Assembly: GCA_041496385.1 (NCBI GenBank)
Contig: JBGQEL010000100.1
Coordinates: forward strand, 1-15,234
Reading direction: 5' to 3'
DNA from: Candidatus Methylomirabilia bacterium
GTDB taxonomy: Bacteria > Methylomirabilota > Methylomirabilia > Rokubacteriales > CSP1-6
DNA: 15,234 bases
In this document: positions 12,024-15,234 of the stretch, one piece after another
How positions within the stretch are numbered: the stretch's first letter is position 1
How the letters are laid out: every line of letters begins with the position of its first letter
Position numbers and translations under genes: made by a program
The notes under the pieces: generated by a model
Databases searched by the model: none
What the model saw: only the letters and a program-made list of their open reading frames with translations
What the model was told of the DNA's origin: nothing

Positions 12024-12550
12024 GGACGGCCGTCCGGCGCCTCGGCGTTCATCGCCTCCATCTCGATCGCAGCAGCCTCAGCGAGGAGGGTCCAGGCGTC
12101 ATCGCTGTCGCCGAGCTCGGTGGCCACATGCCGGGCGCGGGCGGCGCTCTGACACGCGATCCGGATCGAATCCGCCTCGGCGAACACGACCTCGTACGGG
12201 ACCAGGCGCGCGTGCTGCCGGCGCGCCTCGGCAAGCATGTCGCGCCGCGCCTGCTCCTCAGGCGACCGAGAGCGCCGAGCCGCGCCAGGGGCGACGCCGG
12301 CCCAGAGGCCCTGCGCGCGCAGAGCGGCGATCACCTCGGCCTGGCGACAGCCGGCACGGCAGTGCACGAGCAGGCGCCCGCTCCGGACTGATACGCCAAG
12401 TGACGGCGAATGGTCTCCGTGGCCGGGGCAATGCGTCAGATTCCGACGTCGATCGTGGCAGGCGCACCGTGGCCGGCTGCAAGCCAGCGCCTCGACGAGC
12501 GCGCCCGCGTGCTCCTGCTCGCCGCTCGTCTGATGTGGTAAAGTGAGCAT
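12017..12550 (-). CDS. Primase-type zinc-binding domain protein without a catalytic domain
   Basis: CPGHGDHSPSL...GRLLVHCRAGC..AEVIAAL motif; ATG at 12550 with AAGGA upstream (alternative GTG 12580); stop overlaps helicase start. Confidence 0.75.
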   Translation of the reverse strand: MLTLPHQTSGEQEHAGALVEALACSRPRCACHDRRRNLTHCPGHGDHSPSLGVSVRSGRLLVHCRAGCRQAEVIAALRAQGLWAGVAPGAARRSRSPEEQARRDMLAEARRQHARLVPYEVVFAEADSIRIACQSAARARHVATELGDSDDAWTLLAEAAAIEMEAMNAEAPDGRPW

Positions 12551-12772
12551 TGCCCAGTCGTCCTTAGGCCCGGGACTCACGATCCCGGGCTTTCGTTTTC
12601 AAGAGGTCAAGTTCGCCACAACGCCCGCAGACCCTGGAATCTCGCCATCAGGGGGTGGCCGGCGCGAAGTTGAAGAAGGTTCTTTCCCGCGCCCGCCGCG
12701 GCGCCGAGGAGCTGGCTGTTCCCGCCGGCGTTGATCGCCTGTTGGTGAGCGTCGCGCCGAATTCGTCGGCCA

Positions 12773-13033
12773 CTAGCGTGGCTCCATGGGCTCATCGGGC
12801 CAGGCGAGGCCGTTGCGCTGGGCCCAGCGACGAAGATCATCCCGCCCGAGCGGGTCGCGCTGGCTACTGAGAAGGCGCTCGACGTCCTCGCGCCGGAACC
12901 TAACGGCGCGCCCGACTCGGATGGGCACCAGGCAGACGCGTCGCTGCCAGGCAGGCTTGTAGAGCGTTCGAGGATTCAGGCAGAGCAGTTCGGCTACTTC
13001 CGCTCCCGTCAGCAGCGGTGAGAGTGCACCCAT
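12773..13033 (-). CDS. Excisionase/AlpA-like helix-turn-helix protein (HTH_17-type)
   Basis: PLLTGAEVAELLCLNPRTLY...PIRVGRAVRFRREDVERLL; ATG at 13033 preceded by AAAGGAC. Confidence 0.85.
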   Translation of the reverse strand: MGALSPLLTGAEVAELLCLNPRTLYKPAWQRRVCLVPIRVGRAVRFRREDVERLLSSQRDPLGRDDLRRWAQRNGLAWPDEPMEPR

Positions 13034-13113
13034 GTCCTTTGCAGTACACCGGGAGCATCCCGCCGTCGTGGCAGGTCGAGCTTTTCGGTTGGAACTTTGT
13101 AGGGAGTGCCGGG

Positions 13114-13848
13114 CTACGCGGAGTAGAGCTTCTGGACGAGCTTTCGGAAGCCCTCGGCGGACATGGGTTCGAGAACGTACCGGGGCTTGCCGGTCTCCTG
13201 GTCGATCACCGGCTTGCCGGTCTTCTCGTCGACGTCGAGCTGGGCCTCGAGGATCCTCTGGATCGCGGCCAGTGAGCGTCGGGCAGTAGGGGCCCGCTCG
13301 ATCGAGACCGCCAAGCCACGACGCGAGCAACGCAATGGCCCCACCACTCGGATGTCGGGAGATCGCTGGTGTCCCCGACGCTCGCGCAGCTCCTTGACTT
13401 GTTGGGCCAGGGTCGCAGGTCGATTCCCTTGCGCTGCATCGACGTGCGGCTGCTCGGACCAGCGGAGCTGGTCGATCTTGGCGAACAGCTTCGTGAGCCT
13501 CTTTGAGAGCGGTCGGCGAATTCCCTTTTCCAGGCCCCCGGGGAGCTGTAGCAGAAAGGCGCGATCCCCGAAGGCCCTGGCCAGTCGCGTCACTCTCTCG
13601 ACGACCGGATGAGCGAGAAGCCTGCTATCGGCCCGGCACGTCCTGATCACTTCCTGGCGGAAGAGGTCCCACGCAGCAGTGCCGTCGGTGTCGAGCCGCT
13701 GCTTGCCGACCGGAAGTGAGCGGTGTGCCGACTCGAGATCTGCCCTGAGAGATTGGTAGCGCGCCTCGCGGGGCGAGGGTGTCGCCAGCCCAACATTCGG
13801 GCGGCCCGTCCTGCGCGACGCTACGCGGACTTTCGTACCTGTCCCCAT
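13114..13848 (-). CDS. Hypothetical protein (~244 aa), start uncertain
   Basis: Long ORF co-oriented with the element operon, protein-like helical composition, fills the gap before the xis-like gene. Confidence 0.55.
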   Translation of the reverse strand: MGTGTKVRVASRRTGRPNVGLATPSPREARYQSLRADLESAHRSLPVGKQRLDTDGTAAWDLFRQEVIRTCRADSRLLAHPVVERVTRLARAFGDRAFLLQLPGGLEKGIRRPLSKRLTKLFAKIDQLRWSEQPHVDAAQGNRPATLAQQVKELRERRGHQRSPDIRVVGPLRCSRRGLAVSIERAPTARRSLAAIQRILEAQLDVDEKTGKPVIDQETGKPRYVLEPMSAEGFRKLVQKLYSA

Positions 13849-14052
13849 CTCGTCTGAGCCGCAGCTCGCGCGATCGCCGAGCGCCGCGCGGGGCTGAGCT
13901 TCTCGGCGCGACGGCGTGCGAGCGCCACCGCAGCTAGGTTCTTCGGACGCTTTCTCATTGTCACCATCCCAGCACACCCCGGAGTGCATGCGCAAGTATT
14001 GGAGCGTCTGGGTGCTGTTCTCGGTTTTGAATGTTAGGCCGAAACGGCGCCC

Positions 14053-14084
14053 TTGACCTTGCCCCACGGGGCAGGCTCTATCCT
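14053..14084 (+). promoter_or_regulatory. MerR-type promoter/operator
   Basis: -35 TTGACC (14053-14058), 20-bp spacer holding dyad TGCCCC-AC-GGGGCA, -10 TATCCT (14079-14084). Confidence 0.85.
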
Positions 14085-14090
14085 GTTCTC

Positions 14091-14624
14091 ATGGAGCAGG
14101 AGCTACTCATCGGGCAGATCGCAGCACGCAGCGGCCTGACCCGCAAGGCTCTACGGCTGTACGAGGCGCGCGGCATCTTACCGCCGGCCCGCCGCACCCC
14201 CTCCGGCTATCGCCGCTACCCGCCCGAGGTCATGGGCTTGCTAACGTTCGTCGGTCAGGCACGGCGACTTGGACTGACGCTTGCTGAAATCCGGCACATC
14301 GTCAACGTCCGCCGCGCGGGGTCGGCGCCGTGTGTCCACGTCCGCGCCCTGCTGGAACAGAAAGCCGCCGACCTCGAAGGCATGCTCGCCGGGGTGCGAA
14401 GTATCCTCGGTTCGTGGCGCTCGACCCATGGTCGTCACGCCGCCGTGTGCCCACACATCGAAGCGAAAGGAGGTGAGCCAACATGGAGAAGCAAGTCGCA
14501 TCCCTCTGCCCGTCGTGCATCCACTGCCCGGAGGTCGTCATCGAAGGCGATCAGGTTCGGATCGGTGAAGACGCCAACACGGCGGTCCTCAAGAAAGATG
14601 AATGGAACGTCCTCGTTGACCTGA
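14091..14624 (+). CDS. MerR family metal-responsive transcriptional regulator
   Basis: IGQIAARSGLTRKALRLYEARGILPPARRTPSGYRRY, ARRLGLTLAEI, Cys81 (PCVHV), Cys120 (VCPHIE). Confidence 0.92.
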   Translation: MEQELLIGQIAARSGLTRKALRLYEARGILPPARRTPSGYRRYPPEVMGLLTFVGQARRLGLTLAEIRHIVNVRRAGSAPCVHVRALLEQKAADLEGMLAGVRSILGSWRSTHGRHAAVCPHIEAKGGEPTWRSKSHPSARRASTARRSSSKAIRFGSVKTPTRRSSRKMNGTSSLT

Positions 14625-14653
14625 TTCAGTCGGGCCAGCTCGGGCGCGTCTAA
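14483..14653 (+). CDS. Small Cys-rich protein (56 aa, CxxCxxCP), not in the ORF track
   Basis: SD AAAGGAGGTGA at 14466-14476, ATG 14483, TAA 14651-14653; MEKQVASLCPSCIHCPEVVIEGDQVRIGEDANTAVLKKDEWNVLVDLIQSGQLGRV. Confidence 0.85.
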   Translation: MEKQVASLCPSCIHCPEVVIEGDQVRIGEDANTAVLKKDEWNVLVDLIQSGQLGRV

Positions 14654-14661
14654 GACACCAC

Positions 14662-14690
14662 GCGGGCGCTGGGGATGACCCGGCGCCCGC
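14662..14690 (+). terminator. GC-rich hairpin after the merR operon, possible terminator
   Basis: GCGGGCGCTGGG-GATGA-CCCGGCGCCCGC, 12-bp stem with one G-U, 8 nt after the stop; U-tract is weak. Confidence 0.55.
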
Positions 14691-14695
14691 TCTAT

Positions 14696-14749
14696 GCCCG
14701 CCAGCCGCGCGATCTCCTCCAGCGACCGCACATGATCGGCCACGCCTGC
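14696..14749 (-). pseudogene. Possible short remnant of an IS1-family transposase C-terminus
   Basis: Translates AGVADHVRSLEEIARLAG, like the AGVADHVWSLEEI tail I recall from IS1-like transposases; in-frame stop just upstream. Confidence 0.4.
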
Positions 14750-14814
14750 TCCTCACTTCTGCCTCTTGTTCGTCTTCGGCCAGCGTGCCCGAACGGCCTT
14801 CTGCTCGCTTCGCA

Positions 14815-15234
14815 TCAGGGGGGTAGCATCGAGGCCGCAAGACGTATGAGCAACGAGGCCGCGACGTCTTCGCCGGCGGCATCGAAGGCCACGATCTGGC
14901 CGGCGTCATTCAGCGCATTGATGAGCTGGAGGACGCCGAACATCCCGCCTCGGGCGTCCCGAATGGGCAGGGCCAGCATCGAACACGTTCGGTAACGGTT
15001 CTCGACATCTCGCTGGCGATCGAACTCGTAGGAACGTTCCAACGGGATCTCGTAGACGTCTGCAATGCGGAGGCTGCTGCGGGTGAGCGCCACGTAGCCG
15101 GCAATATTGTGAACTGTGAGCGTCAACGGGGCCTGGGCAAAGCGCCGCTGCAGTTCGTCTTCGCCGAGCCGTGGCGCCAGGACATCGTTCTGGACCACGA
15201 CGAAGTGGAGCTTGTCGCCCTTGCGGAGATACAC
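14815..15234 (-). CDS. GAF domain protein, 5'-partial
   Basis: IAGYVALT..SLRIADVY, FD...RYRTCSMLALPI, GVLQLINA, typical of GAF domains of HD-GYP/cyclase proteins. Confidence 0.85.
   Translation of the reverse strand: MYLRKGDKLHFVVVQNDVLAPRLGEDELQRRFAQAPLTLTVHNIAGYVALTRSSLRIADVYEIPLERSYEFDRQRDVENRYRTCSMLALPIRDARGGMFGVLQLINALNDAGQIVAFDAAGEDVAASLLIRLAASMLPP

Noticed and set aside
12491..12499. CTCGACGAG (L-D-E) as the possible second att junction
   Set aside because: Lies inside the zinc-finger gene and the following sequence does not continue as an AAA+ domain; expected by chance in GC-rich DNA
13970..14042. Short possible stems (CAGCAC/GTGCTG, TCGG/CCGA) in the intergenic region
   Set aside because: Too short and imperfect to support an ncRNA without covariation data

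Overview
High-GC bacterial DNA in two parts. 1-8250 is host chromosome on the + strand: an enoyl-CoA hydratase end, then a translationally coupled five-gene pterin cluster (GT4 glycosyltransferase, two PTPS genes, folE, sepiapterin-reductase-like SDR) that looks like a tetrahydrobiopterin-glycoside pathway, then an IscA/ErpA carrier, a MoaD-MoaE fusion, tilS, a DegP protease and an NtrC-type sigma-54 response regulator. That regulator breaks off exactly in its Walker B motif (GGTVFLD|E) at an imperfect palindrome resembling a serine-integrase att site. From ~8251 to the window end lies an integrated element, mostly on the - strand: large serine recombinase (its ORF runs through the att site), two small ORFs, an iteron/AT-rich candidate origin, a RepA-like helicase with a C-terminal HTH, a stand-alone primase-type zinc finger, an excisionase-like HTH and an orphan. 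Cargo follows: a leaderless MerR regulator with a small Cys-rich protein, and a GAF-domain gene. The far end of the element is not in the window. All calls are from motif reading by eye; no searches were run.
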